64,000 nucleotides of DNA from an uncultured Candidatus Saccharibacteria bacterium (GTDB taxonomy: Bacteria > Patescibacteriota > Minisyncoccia > Phycocordibacterales > UBA2100): contig CAYYEX010000003.1 in the NCBI GenBank assembly GCA_964471165.1, positions 79,499 through 143,498 of the forward strand. The letters are read 5' to 3'. The first letter of the stretch is position 1. The number at the start of each line of letters is the position of its first letter. The notes under the pieces are model-generated. The model did not search any database, had not been told where the DNA came from, and saw only the letters and a list, made by a program, of their open reading frames with translations. This document shows, one piece after another, positions 16,764 through 28,800 of this stretch. Made by a program: the position numbers and the translations under genes.

Positions 16764-17014
16764 ATAAATAGAACTTTTTTGGCTTCTTTAATAAGCGTGT
16801 TAATTGCGCGAATGTGTCTGCACCCTAGAGAGAAAATACGCGTCCACCTGCTATCGCTCGACCGAAGCAGCTAAAAACGTACGGGGCCTGATAAACTCGC
16901 ATGTGTAAAGTATACGGCATCCTGTTGACAAAGAAGTTGATATCAAGCCAAACCATGTGGATAACGGCCTAAAAACGTGGATTTCTGGGTGGATAACACT
17001 GTGGAGAGCGTGTT

Positions 17015-18355
17015 CTACTGCTGCTCGCGTGGAACATCCGGCCCCATTTGCTCCTGTTGCGGGAGTTCTTTTATCTCGAAACTGCGCGCTGGCACAAGCA
17101 CAGTCGCGAAATAGAGCCATATTCCCGCAATAGATGCGGCAGAAATTACCAGAAACACAAAGAAAAGCTTGTATTTGCGCACAAAGCCCCCAAATGTAAG
17201 TGGTGCGCGATACGTCGGTGTCTCAAGCGGCATATCTATGTGCTTCGCTGATGCGATGCTTCTCAAATCAACAACCCCCTCCTTGATTGGCTGCACCAGC
17301 GCCCGCAACGACGGCATGTGTTCAACGGGTTCTTGTACCTGCCTGTCGGGCACATCAAGATGCTCTGGAATACCCCGATACATGCGCTCAAGCGCAAGTG
17401 CTCGCCGAATGTAGCGGCGGATAAACCAAGTCATGAGAAAGCCAATGAAGAGAATGATTCCGAGAGTAATCGCAGCAGGAACCATCGGGATTACCCAAAA
17501 ATAGGTGGTGGCAGATGTGCTTTGCTTGCCATCATCTCCGTATCCGAGTGTCACGATTGCGCTGTAGCGACCAATGTCGAGCAGATTCTGTTCTCCGCTC
17601 CAGGAAAACTCGAACTTCCGGACGGACCGTGGCAGCACATTGCCAAAGTTACTGTTTTCGTTGATAAGCACCTGTCCGCGCTCCTTACCCCACATGTTAT
17701 AGAGCGTGATTGAACCCTGCGGACGCAGGTGCGTGTTGCCAGTGTTTTCAAAACGAAGCGCGAATTTTGCTTCGGGACGCTGATAGAGCGAGCTATCAGT
17801 TGTGAACTCTCGAATGCGTCCACTCTCTATTATTTCGCCCCTAATACGCACAAATAATAGAGAGGTGACGAAACTCGATACTTTCATATGCGAGCCCGCT
17901 TCGGAATCACTCCCCTTGTACGGACCGACCATTATCGCAGCGTAGTGGCCGCCGGGATCGGCATTCTCCGGAACCTGCACAGTGAATTCAACCTGTGCAC
18001 TTTCTCCCGCTTGAATGGTTATCGGCTCCTTTGATATCGCAATCCATGCACCGAGTGAATCGGTGCGCTTGGGCTCATTCGTAAATGACTCGATGAGTGG
18101 CACAAATTTACCCTGACCACTTTCGCCCTGCGATTCAAAATCAACCACCTGTGCACCATAGGTGACAGCATATGAATTGTTATTGACGACCCGAATGTTG
18201 CTCGTCCACGACTCCCCAGGGCCAACGGTGAGTTGAAAAAGTGGCGGCGTGATTGTGACGGAGAGCGATTCTTGAGCCGACGCCGAGAGCGGCGAAATAA
18301 GCAGTGCTCCAATCATGAGCGCAGCGAGTGACGCGCGCCGCAATGCGAACGTCAT
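17015..18355 (-). CDS. DUF916/CscA-like membrane-anchored surface protein (446 aa) with an extended cytoplasmic tail containing a second TM
   Basis: Paralog of 14438-15511, with shared blocks VPENADPGGHY, IREFTTDSSLY, NTGNTHLRPQGSITLYNMWGK and GRYSAIVTLGYGDDGKQSTSATTYFWVIP. Confidence 0.55.
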   Translation of the reverse strand: MTFALRRASLAALMIGALLISPLSASAQESLSVTITPPLFQLTVGPGESWTSNIRVVNNNSYAVTYGAQVVDFESQGESGQGKFVPLIESFTNEPKRTDSLGAWIAISKEPITIQAGESAQVEFTVQVPENADPGGHYAAIMVGPYKGSDSEAGSHMKVSSFVTSLLFVRIRGEIIESGRIREFTTDSSLYQRPEAKFALRFENTGNTHLRPQGSITLYNMWGKERGQVLINENSNFGNVLPRSVRKFEFSWSGEQNLLDIGRYSAIVTLGYGDDGKQSTSATTYFWVIPMVPAAITLGIILFIGFLMTWFIRRYIRRALALERMYRGIPEHLDVPDRQVQEPVEHMPSLRALVQPIKEGVVDLRSIASAKHIDMPLETPTYRAPLTFGGFVRKYKLFFVFLVISAASIAGIWLYFATVLVPARSFEIKELPQQEQMGPDVPREQQ

Positions 18356-19671
18356 AGTCCGTTTTTGAGGTTGATGACATGTCCAACGTTTCGTTTCTGC
18401 GCCACCTGTGGTTGTGAAGACGTGAGGTCGATGGTGCGCGGGGCCTGCTCGCGCTGCGCGGGAGCTTGCTGCACCTCGTGCACCGCTACCTCGGCTTGCG
18501 TCGCGACATGCGCTGACTCTGGCACAGGCACAGGCACAGCTTCAACAACTGCTGCAGATGCTACTACTTCTGTGCGCTTCTCACGCTTGAAGCGAGCAAA
18601 GAAGCCTTTTTTTACAGGTTTCGGTTGCTCGGGCATGATTGCCGTAAACTTTTTTGGTGCGGCTGCGGGGGTGAGTACCATCCCAACAGGGGCCGGCATA
18701 ACTCCCGCTCCCGCTCCCGCAAGAGCAAATCGCTGCATATGACGGTGTTCAAGCCATCGATGGAAATAGAGAGCCGAAACAATAATCGCAATCACACTCA
18801 CCACAAAAATCGCCGCGAGTTGCTGCCACGGGATAATCCAGAAGAAAACTGTGTCTTGCAACGAACCGCTTTGATTGTTGCCGTAGTCAATATTGAGAAA
18901 CGCCTTGAACTTACCGAAACCCTGCGCAGAACTCCAAGCGCTCGCTAACTGCGCTGCTTGTTCAGGCGTAAACGACTTTCCGTCCGGGTTCACGGGAACC
19001 GAGGCCACTTCCCTGCCTTTGCGGTCGTAGATACGGATTTCTCCCTTTGGCATCAAACTCTGATTGCCTATATTCTCGAGTTGGTAGTTAAATAACACGT
19101 CGTCACCAGAAAAGAAGAAACTGTCGGTGACGAACTTGTTGAGTTGCATAGACTCCTTTATCTCTGCCTGTACATCGGTGTTCACCGTAACAACCCCCAG
19201 CGGGCTTCTGGCTTGCGCCTCTGCCAGTGTGGAACCTTCGTAGAACGAGATATCTGCATGGTAGGTGCCCGGAAGTGCATTGAGACTGACGCGCACTACA
19301 AACGGAATCTCACGCGTCTCGCCCGGTTTCAACTCAACAACGCCGCGTGAGATTTCTATCCAGTTGGCCAGAGAGTCTTTTTTATCATCGGCCCCGAGTG
19401 CTGATACGAACTCTTCTTGCCCTTCCTGAGGCGTCACATCGTTGACGGTTGTGTATAGATTGAGTTTCCGCTGCGTCGTATTGGTAACAGTTATGGCTTC
19501 TTTGAGAATGTCGCGAGCCTTTGCTTTTTCGTCAACGACGACAGGTACAACCGTGAGGTCCGCAGTTGAATCGGCGCGCGCGATAAACGGATAGGAAATA
19601 GCAATGACGGCGAGCACAAACAGAGGAAGAATTGCAAAACGCTGCGTCATATGTGCATGTAGGGACAGCAT
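18352..19671 (-). CDS. DUF916/CscA-like membrane-anchored surface protein (439 aa) with an Ala/Pro/Val-rich cytoplasmic tail
   Basis: Same architecture and motif blocks (LENIGNQSLMPKGEIRIYDRKG ... FFWIIP). A 4-nt overlap with the downstream paralog indicates an operon. Confidence 0.55.
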   Translation of the reverse strand: MLSLHAHMTQRFAILPLFVLAVIAISYPFIARADSTADLTVVPVVVDEKAKARDILKEAITVTNTTQRKLNLYTTVNDVTPQEGQEEFVSALGADDKKDSLANWIEISRGVVELKPGETREIPFVVRVSLNALPGTYHADISFYEGSTLAEAQARSPLGVVTVNTDVQAEIKESMQLNKFVTDSFFFSGDDVLFNYQLENIGNQSLMPKGEIRIYDRKGREVASVPVNPDGKSFTPEQAAQLASAWSSAQGFGKFKAFLNIDYGNNQSGSLQDTVFFWIIPWQQLAAIFVVSVIAIIVSALYFHRWLEHRHMQRFALAGAGAGVMPAPVGMVLTPAAAPKKFTAIMPEQPKPVKKGFFARFKREKRTEVVASAAVVEAVPVPVPESAHVATQAEVAVHEVQQAPAQREQAPRTIDLTSSQPQVAQKRNVGHVINLKNGL

Positions 19672-19703
19672 AACAAGGAAATGTGATGGAATTTATACAC
19701 AGT

Positions 19704-21041
19704 TTAAAAAACGGGGGTTACGATATACACGATTGCTCCCTGATATGCGCCTGCATCCTGCGAATCTCGCACTTCGACTTTATAAATAATATCGGTACTC
19801 GAGGCAGACGTCGGGCCGGAGCCATATGCGACTTCCGTCGGACTCGAAGTAAAGCGCGCGAACGAATCATCTGCCGCGAAACGAATCGAACCACCTTCAA
19901 GCACGTCTTCTCCTGTGTGGTATCCGTAACAACCGGTCGATGTGGCCGAGCACGCACTCGTCCATCCCGCCGGCGAATCGTTCGTAGAGAGTACCGGTGG
20001 AATCTCACGTGCACTCGGGCTGAGCAAGCCCTGGCGCTGATAGGTATAGATTTTGTATCCGTTGTCGGCGTTCGTGGTGACGGTGAGCCGGTGCGCCCCG
20101 ATACGGGGTGTACCCAGTCCAAGCGCTCCAAAACTCACACTTGTTGGCTGCGTGGTGATATCGGTGGTCACACCTTCTGTACTCGCCCCGGATGAGATAC
20201 CTCCAATCGAGAACGAGATTGTGCCACCATCAACCACCAAACTGGGGTACGTCTCACCCGTGTTCAGCGGGACGGGAACATTTGTCACCTTATCGACAAG
20301 GCGGAAGTAATAGACGGTGCTCTCGAGCGCATCTGTTTGTTTAATCGTAAAGTCGAACTCTTTGCGTGTACTGCCAAAAAAGAAGAATGGCGACGTTGTG
20401 GTGCCAGATTTATTATATGAACCACATCCATTGCCCACACTACCCGAACACGCCTGCGGATCAGAAAGCGTTATCTCGGCAATAACGCCGTTGTCCGCGC
20501 CCCCGCCAGGTGCGTAACACCAAACCACCAATGCGCTGCATTCACCATTTTCACCGACGAACACTTCCCCGACCGAGAAGTCGGACGATGTGGAATATTG
20601 CAGACGAAACTTTATATTCGAGTAATCGGGGCCAAGGTTGTTAACAGTGATGCGAAGTTTAAATGGATCGTCGTATGGAATCGCTGACGGGGCAACGTTT
20701 TCCCCTGCATACGGAACGAGAGGCGTTGCTTGAGGCGCATCGTCGTACCAGCGCCAATTTTGCGATGCGAATGGACTGACGTCGGCAGGATACAGGTATC
20801 CGCCTGCGAGTGAGAAACTCGTACTTGTGGATTCACCATCTCCGTTTGGGTCCATTGAACCGAATGCCGTGAAGCTTGAGGTTGTGGAATACCCGCCCAT
20901 CTGTGTGAATCCATTATCGTTCATACGAAAACCGCTACTCGTCAATTCGTCGGCGAGAACGGATGCGGCGGATACCGCAATTATCAAAAACGCACACCCC
21001 GCGCCGAGTATTTTGTTCCTTGCTGTGTGCGAGCGTGTCAT
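19704..21041 (-). CDS. secreted surface protein (445 aa), paralog of the 15618 protein. C-terminal tail ...AIVYIVTPVF.
   Basis: Signal peptide and a conserved C-terminal block (IIYKVEVRDSQDAGAYQGAIVYIVTPVF). Lies upstream of two DUF916-like genes. Confidence 0.55.
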   Translation of the reverse strand: MTRSHTARNKILGAGCAFLIIAVSAASVLADELTSSGFRMNDNGFTQMGGYSTTSSFTAFGSMDPNGDGESTSTSFSLAGGYLYPADVSPFASQNWRWYDDAPQATPLVPYAGENVAPSAIPYDDPFKLRITVNNLGPDYSNIKFRLQYSTSSDFSVGEVFVGENGECSALVVWCYAPGGGADNGVIAEITLSDPQACSGSVGNGCGSYNKSGTTTSPFFFFGSTRKEFDFTIKQTDALESTVYYFRLVDKVTNVPVPLNTGETYPSLVVDGGTISFSIGGISSGASTEGVTTDITTQPTSVSFGALGLGTPRIGAHRLTVTTNADNGYKIYTYQRQGLLSPSAREIPPVLSTNDSPAGWTSACSATSTGCYGYHTGEDVLEGGSIRFAADDSFARFTSSPTEVAYGSGPTSASSTDIIYKVEVRDSQDAGAYQGAIVYIVTPVF

Positions 21042-21043
21042 GG

Positions 21044-21550
21044 CTATTCTCCGGTGCTCGTAATCGGGCCGACTTCGATAATCCTATCGATTGACGGTCG
21101 ATAGATTATTGCTTTCTGCGAAATCATGTACATGAGCACCTTGTCACCGAGTTGCGCGTTTCTGAAAAACGCCTGACCTTCAAGGGCGTGCAGGTCTGTC
21201 ACTGTTGCAAGGGCGGGTGTTTCGCTCTCCGGCAGGAGCATGTGCTCCCCCACGTCGGCAACAAGAGCGCGGACTTCGCGCTCCGTGCCACCAAAGAAAT
21301 AACCCCATAGGTGGGTTATGCCGTAGCCCAGCAGAATTAAAACAACAATTGCAACAACTCCCGCGGCAAGCGTCATAACTGCGCGCTCACGGTTGCGTTT
21401 TGGCGCTGAGCGCGCCCGAGGCACCTCTACCGATTCTGCTTCGCGAGCACGCATATCACTCATCCGCGCTGGTGCGGGTGTTGGTTGCATCGTCTTGCGA
21501 AGGTCGATGGTCATACTATTGTTTCGACCCCTGTATCGACTGAACGACAC
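21044..21550 (-). CDS. small membrane-anchored protein (168 aa)
   Basis: Single TM (VVAIVVLILLGYGITHLWGYFFG). The ectodomain is weakly similar to the adjacent 21516 protein. Confidence 0.4.
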   Translation of the reverse strand: MSFSRYRGRNNSMTIDLRKTMQPTPAPARMSDMRAREAESVEVPRARSAPKRNRERAVMTLAAGVVAIVVLILLGYGITHLWGYFFGGTEREVRALVADVGEHMLLPESETPALATVTDLHALEGQAFFRNAQLGDKVLMYMISQKAIIYRPSIDRIIEVGPITSTGE

Positions 21551-21917
21551 GAGAGGTGTCTTTCATGTTCTCCCAAAACGTTATTGATTCTTTGCGAATA
21601 TATATGGTGTCTTCCGGTCCGTGGAGTTCGCCACCAAGTTTTACGAGATTGAGATTGGACTGCGTAAGTTCGCTCGCCTCTTTGAGGTAATAAACATCGC
21701 TGAGTGTTACGTAGTCGCCGCTTGTGTCAGAAAGCCTACCGAAATACACCTGTCCGCTCTGCAAAAATACTGCCTGATACTTTTCTGCCGATGCAGCAGG
21801 AAACGCAGCCCGGGATTGAAGCGGGCCAATGTAGCTCGTATAGAGCCAGATAGCGACAATAGCGATGAGCGCGTACGTTATTCCCTTAATGAGGCTCTTG
21901 AGAATGAGGTCAATCAT
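21516..21917 (-). CDS. small membrane-anchored protein (133 aa)
   Basis: N-terminal TM. The ORF overlaps the downstream gene. Confidence 0.4.
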   Translation of the reverse strand: MIDLILKSLIKGITYALIAIVAIWLYTSYIGPLQSRAAFPAASAEKYQAVFLQSGQVYFGRLSDTSGDYVTLSDVYYLKEASELTQSNLNLVKLGGELHGPEDTIYIRKESITFWENMKDTSRVVQSIQGSKQ

Positions 21918-21920
21918 ATG

Positions 21921-22817
21921 TTAATTGCTTCTATTAATAGACACTTCTGTTAGTGACGTAACAGGTCGCCAGGACCCTCGTTCACCCTGCTCGCCTATCA
22001 ATAGATAGTACGTGCCATTCTGCACACTCGCAGGCAAATCATCTATTGCATAGTCATACGAACCACTCTCACAGGTATATGCACGATTAAGGATGTACGA
22101 AGCAGGGTCGGTGTCGTAATCAGTTTGATTTTTATAGAGGAGCACAACGTAGTATGCGTCGCTGCATGTTCCCGAAACGTTCACTACTTTTTTCGCGGGA
22201 TCAATCGTTGTTGTTACCGATTCAGTGGAATCACCGAGCTTGCGCTTCGTCGGGAGTGTATTTCCGGAGAGACTCATCACAAACGCAGGCTCAATCTCGG
22301 CATTCAATTGCGCATTCGTGCGCACGTCTTCCTTTGCTGTCTGTATACCAGTGGCAACAATGGTAAGGTCACTCTGTGCTGCAACAGGAATCTCATCAGG
22401 CGCGAGCCCCGCAGGCTCCTCCTCAATCACAATGACATCCGGTATCGATTCCTCGGTCGTCGTTGCCGCCTCAACAGGAATGGTCGTTGCTTCACTCGGG
22501 AGGTCAATCTCGGGATTCGCAGCCTCCTCGAGCAACTCTGCGCTCGCGGTCACTTGCGTGCTGCTTGCTGTCTCCTGCACCACCTCTACAACTGAATCAG
22601 GTTGCGACACCACCGCATCGGGTTCGGTAGGGGTTGATTCCTCTACAACAGTCTCGAGCGGAGTCGCTGGCGCCACTTCTGTCACCTGAGTCACCTCCTC
22701 TGTCACCTGAGTCACCTCCGCTGCAACTGGCTCAACCGGGACGTCTGTTGTTTGCGCAGATGCCGCTGGGGCCACGAGAAGCACAAGTGCACAAAGCAGA
22801 GCGAGAATCTTTTTCAT
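21921..22817 (-). CDS. secreted acidic low-complexity protein with EVTQVT repeats and a Cys-containing C-terminal globular domain
   Basis: Signal peptide MKKILALLCALVLLVAPAASA chosen as the start (the ORF extends to 22916). Repeats such as AEVTQVTEEVTQVTEV. The C-terminal domain has four Cys. Confidence 0.5.
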   Translation of the reverse strand: MKKILALLCALVLLVAPAASAQTTDVPVEPVAAEVTQVTEEVTQVTEVAPATPLETVVEESTPTEPDAVVSQPDSVVEVVQETASSTQVTASAELLEEAANPEIDLPSEATTIPVEAATTTEESIPDVIVIEEEPAGLAPDEIPVAAQSDLTIVATGIQTAKEDVRTNAQLNAEIEPAFVMSLSGNTLPTKRKLGDSTESVTTTIDPAKKVVNVSGTCSDAYYVVLLYKNQTDYDTDPASYILNRAYTCESGSYDYAIDDLPASVQNGTYYLLIGEQGERGSWRPVTSLTEVSINRSN

Positions 22818-22866
22818 AGAAGTGTTATTCGTTGATGTATTTATAAAGGTGTTCATATTTTTTTGG

Positions 22867-25800
22867 TTATCTATCCGTCTCGATATATATTCTGTTAACT
22901 CCGATTTGCGCGGCATTCACGAGGGTGTTGGACGCGTTGCTCATACACGCGTGCGCGACCAACATTTGTGTATTTGCCGGCAGGTCGGTATTCACACTAC
23001 CCTCTTGTAACTTGAGTCCGGTGTTGATGTCGTCGAGCTGCCAATACACAACAGTATCGTTCGGCTTTGCAAAAATATAGAACGCGTATCCTTGATTCGA
23101 TGCGAGTGCTGGTTGATTCGATATCGGCGAAACGCTCGCAAGGCCAGTCGCGTCGTTCGTAATGAACGAAATCGAGGTGGAGCCAGAATTGACCGCAAAG
23201 CCAATCGTACTCGTTCGGATGGTCGGATCAGATGTGCAGAGTGCAGTCGTGCTCGTGGAGAAGCCTACGAACAGTCGGTCGTTTGCAGTCCATGTATCGG
23301 TACCGACGCGCGCCGCGAAGAAGAAGCCTCCCTGCCCTGTACTTGCTCCACGGAAGAACATCGCCTCGGTTCGGGTGCCGACCTGTTGGTTGAGTGTAGT
23401 TACAACACTCGCGAAACGAGAACGACGCTGATTCGTGTAGAAGTTTGTTGTAGTTGGTAACACAATTGCGGCTGTACCAAGGTTTGCGCCAACAGTGCCC
23501 GTCCATACTCCAGCAGCGGCACCGGGATTGAAGTATGTGAGGTTATTCTGCCAAATTGCAGACTGGAATGGAGTATCGACACCGGAGGGCCCCATCCATT
23601 TGGGAACCACACGATTTGCAATTGCCTTTGCGTAAATATCGAGCCCAGAAGTAGGGGTGGCTTGGTCCGTTGTTGTGGCAAGATTCAACACACCAGTATT
23701 CCCCACCGAGAAGAGTGTTTCACCTGTACTGGATGAGATGGTGAATATGTCAGTTGCTTGATTTGCAGCTGCGGTGAGTGCCAGGCGATTAGCGGAAAGA
23801 CTCCAGTTGAAATTCGAGGTCGCGGTGAATGAGCCGTCGACGTTGCGGAATTGCACATCACCCGTAGAACTTGCTGCTTGACCCCCGCAGGTTACCCACG
23901 AACCGTTGTAGCAACGGAACGCCGCTGTATTACTGTTGTAATACATTGCACCGTTCACACCGCTCGATGGGTCGCCCGGTGTATTTTTGGTATCGAGCAC
24001 GAGCCATGTCGGTGTACCACCACCAGTTCCAAGGGTGACTCGGTTATTGATTGTATCGATGCCGAGCACTTGCGGAGTTGATGTGCTACCAAATGTGAGG
24101 CCTGCAGTCGACGAGAAGTTGGATTGGAGCACAAGCGCGTTGGTCGATGTGGACTGAATGGTGCGTGCATAGAATTGTGTTGCTTCCATGAGACTCGACG
24201 ACGCATTGCCAAACTGCTGCAAGCCGCTCCAGACGTTGGGATTTGAAAGGTTGAGCGATATACCAACTGCGCCACTGCCGGGAGAAACAGTGAGTGTTGT
24301 GTTCGTTGCGGTAAGCGAGTTGACGGTGCACACGCCATTGATTGCATAGCATCCGCTCTCCATATTAAATCCTGCCGCACTCGAGGTGGAGGTGAGACGA
24401 ATTGAAAGCGCCTGCAAATTGCCATTCGCCTGCACATTTCCTGAGAATGTTGACGTCGAATTCGTTCCCGTAACATTTATAAATCCTTGGATGGTTGACG
24501 TGCCGGCTACGTCGCCCTGAATCGTGGTTGTTGCGGTAGTTCCGGCAGAGAGCGAGCTTGCACCAACGTCGGTCGCGGCGAGCGACGCAGCGAGCACATT
24601 TGCAAACGTTGAAGCGCCGGTTGCCTGCACATCTATCAGATTGAGTTTTGTGTACATAGTGGAACCAAGCGTTGAGAAGTTGGCCACGTTTCCGATTGAG
24701 AAGATTGAACCCGGTGCAGATGTGGCGATGCCCATGCGGTTCGAGAAGTATGATTTGCCAAACACTTCGAGCATCGCGTCATCGGTTGTTGTTGCTGAGT
24801 TGCCTACGATTACGGCGTAGTTCGGATCCGATGGATAAATCGCCAAGTCGTCGGTCGTTGTTGAGAAGAATCCACCGCCTCCACCGCCGCCTCCACCGCC
24901 CTGCAAGTCGGCCCCCCATGCTGGCAATCCGCCTGCTATTTTCAACACCGCACCATTGCCGCCCGCAGGTAGTGGAACAAGCGTTGTTCCATTGAGTGCA
25001 TAGAGAATATCGCCCGCCGTATACGACGTATTGCCGGTGCCGCCTCGTGTCTCATCCAATGTTCCGACTGTGTCGCTTATATAAATACCGAGCGTCGTAG
25101 TCGCCACGAGGTCGTAACCACCAAGACCATCACCCACGAGCAATTGTCCCCGTGTTGGCGCGGTCGACGTGCCGGTGCCACCATTTGATATACCGAGCAC
25201 GCCAGTTACGTCATTTGCAAGGTCAACGAGCGCCGCAACAACCGACCCGGCAGTGGCTTTCAAGATGCCGGTCACTTTTCCAAAGGTGAAGCTATTCGAT
25301 GCAACAAGATTCGATGATGATGCGACCCCTGTTGCAGCAAAGTTTGTTGATGTTGCGTTGCCGAACATTGCGTTTGCAAATGTTTGTAGCGCCGTGAAAA
25401 TGTTTGCGGTAAACGATTTTGCAACTGTGGTGGATGCGCCGACGAATTCATTCACACGTGACTCCGTGTAATACAAATTCTGTACTCCTTCGACAAGCGA
25501 GTCGGTTGTTGTAGCCAAGCCAATGGATGATGTTGCAACGAGCACATAGCCACCGGCACCGTCGCCCATCAAGAGCTGTCCGTAGGATGGCCCTGAACTC
25601 AAACCGGTACCACCATTGGTAACTGCCATCGTTCCCTGAAACGGACCGTATTCATACACAACCACGATGCCGCTGGCACCGTTGCCGCCGGCTGCGCCCG
25701 TGGCAGTGTCGGCAAGTGCCGCGCCACCACCGCCAGCTCCGTATGTAGTTGCATTCGAGCCCGCGCTCTGTGTGGCAGTGACAACAACCGAACCACCATC

Positions 25801-28800
25801 ACCACCACCACCCCAGTAGCTTGAACCGCCGACACCGCCGAACGCAGTATTCCCCACTTGAGAGTTACCATCCTGACCGTTTCCGCCTGCAACCTGCACA
25901 TCTCCGGCCGTAGCACTTCCCCCGACGCCTCCGGCAAGTGTTCGCGGACCAGCAACAGTATCAGCGGAAACCGCACCCACGCCGCCACTTCCACCACCCG
26001 CGCGGCCAAGCGCTGGACCAAACGATGAATGACCACCCCCGAGTCCGGTGCCTCCGGCTGCGGCGGTACCTCCTGTGCCGCCCGCACCAACTACGACCTG
26101 CACGGAGGTCGTTGCAGTTAAATCAACGTGCAGAAATGCTGTTGCACCCGCTCCTGCGCCACCAGCCGGCACCTCAACAGTTGTCCCATCGCTGTCCGCT
26201 CCTCCGCCCCCGCCTCCGCCTCCAGTTACTATTACTTGTGCAGATGTTGCGCCGGCAGACGGTGTGTACGTAGTTGTGCCGACAGCACTAAATGTTTGTA
26301 TTGCAATCAGTTCGCCACTACCACCTCCCCCTCCTGGCCCGGAAGAAATACACACGCCATCTATTGAGTAGCATCCGTCAGTAATATCGAAACCGTTTGA
26401 ACCCGTTGATGTAGCGGTTGTTGTAAGCGAGCCAATTGTCGCATTCCCGAACGATGCGGTATTTGCACGCGTTTCGGTTGACGACGAGAACGTGGTGAAC
26501 AATGTTGTCGTTGTTGCGTTCGTTGCCGTTATATTTGCAAAGGCATTCGTGCCCGTGTACGTGTTGTTGGTGTTCGTTTTCGGAAGCGCAACGGTATTCT
26601 CGACGAAGTAGTTTGCCGATGTGGTGGAGAATGCATTTCCTTGATTTTGTCCGAGGAAATACGCAGTTGATGTTGTGGAAAATGCGAGACCAAGTGAGGA
26701 GAAGTGTGAGGCGCTGGTTGTAGAGAAGAAGTTGTTCTGTGTTTTCCAATAGTCGGTCGAGGATGTGGAGAAGAAACTGCTCTGAGTTTTCCAGAAATCA
26801 CTCGAGGTGGTGGAGAAAAAGAATCCTTTGTCCACAAGTCCGAGCGATGATGTCGAAAGACGGGAATTGAACGAACCGAAATCCGACGAGCCCAGGTACC
26901 CGCTTGTGGAGCTATCGGCCTGCTGTACCGAGAGCGTTCCTGCACTGAACTGCACCGGGCCGCTGACGGAAACCCCTTGCACGATACCGCCCGCTCCAGT
27001 GTAGAGCATTGAACTTTGAATTCCCGAGATTGTGAGATTTGTCGTCGAAGCGATAGCGGTTGAGAGCGATGTGGTCGTTGCTCCAGTGGCGGAAATATTT
27101 CCAAATGTATTCACGCCAGTGAAGGTGTTGTTGGTAAATGTTTTTGCAATCGTGCTCGAAGCCCCCACGAACGTATTCACCAAACCATTCGAGTAGTACT
27201 TATTCGTTGCTCCTTCAGCGAGAGCATCCGTGGTCGTGCCCGCAATTACAGAAGCCACGCGCGTTGGTGTGTAGTACTGGTTTGAACCCTCGGCGAGATC
27301 TGACGTGCTCTTTGTTGCGAGCCAGGCATTCGACGATGTGGTTGCCCAACGGAACTGGGTAGAGTCCCAAAACGCCACCGAGGTGCTCGAGAAGAAGTAC
27401 CCATTGTCGTAGGTTGAAAGGTCGTATGCAAATGACGAGGTTGAATGGAAGTTGCGCTGTGTTTTCCAATAATCAGCAGACGAGGTTGAATAGCTCTCCC
27501 CCGGGTTCTGCGAGTTAAAATACGCAGCCGACGTTGTGCTAAACGCAAGACCGGCCGCGGCAAAGCTCGACGCGCTCGTCGAAGAGAAGAAGAAGCCTTT
27601 GTCTATACCATTGAGGTATGTCTGCACGCGCGAATCCTGGTAGTACCTGTTGGTACTACCCTCTGCGATAGCATCGGTTGTTGTGGCAGAAAGTGCGGCT
27701 GCAACACGATTCACCGTAAAATATCTATTCGTTGAACCTTCTGCGAGTGCATCGGTGGTGGTTGCGTACCACTGCGCAAGCCCCATGTATGCCCCGAGGT
27801 CACCAAACGCCACGAGTCCGAGCGAGGAAGTTGATACCTGCGTCCAGGTATTTCCCGGCCCTCCTATTAATAGAGCGTTTTGGGATACGGAGTTGAGGCC
27901 GGTACCGCCGCTTGTACCCGAGAGCGCATTACCGAGACTGAGCGTGCCGATTGTGGCGGAACCCGCTGAAGCGGTGTTGGTGTTGATATTCGTGGTTGAT
28001 GCAGTGCCCGTGTAGAGCGTGGTTGTCGTCGCGTTGGTTGCAGAGACTGTGTTGCCAGTAAATGCCCCAGCAATGAGCGAGCCGATAGTTGCGATGTTCG
28101 AGAACAAGCTCGTGGACGATGCCGTGCCTGTGTACGACGATGTCGTCGTAGCGCCAGTAGCTGTTACATTTTGAAACGAGTTTGTTCCCGTGTATGTGTT
28201 GTTTGTAAACGTTTTTGGAATGGTAGTTGATGCGCCGACGTAATATTCGGCCGATGAAGTGGAGAAACCATTTGCCTGATTCTGTGACAAGAAGTACGAA
28301 GCCGAAGTTGTTGAGAACGCGAGTCCGGCCGATGCGAAATTGGATGCAGACGTGGTGGAGAAGAAAAATCCTTTGTTTACGCCGTTGAGATATGTCTGCA
28401 CGCGTGCGTCAGCGTAGTACTTGTTTATTGCACCTTCTGCAAGCGCATCGGTTGTGGTTGCATACCACTGACTCAGTCCGAACTTCAAATCAAGCGCGTT
28501 CTGTAAATCTGTTTGTGCAGAAAGTGTCCCCGTAATTGAGCCCCAGACTAAGGACCCCGATGAGATTCCGAGCGACGACGTTGCCACCAGGTCGTAGCCG
28601 CCCGCATTATTCCCGACAAGGACTTTTCCATATGTAGGCGCTGTCGAAGTGCCCGTGCCGCCATTTGAAATACCAAGTACTCCGGTTACATCGGAAGCGA
28701 GATTGAGGAGTGACGAGCTCACAACACCTGCCACCGACTTGAGCACGCCTGTTGCTTTCCCAAACGTGAATCCGTTCGAGACAACGAGATTCGACGTGGA

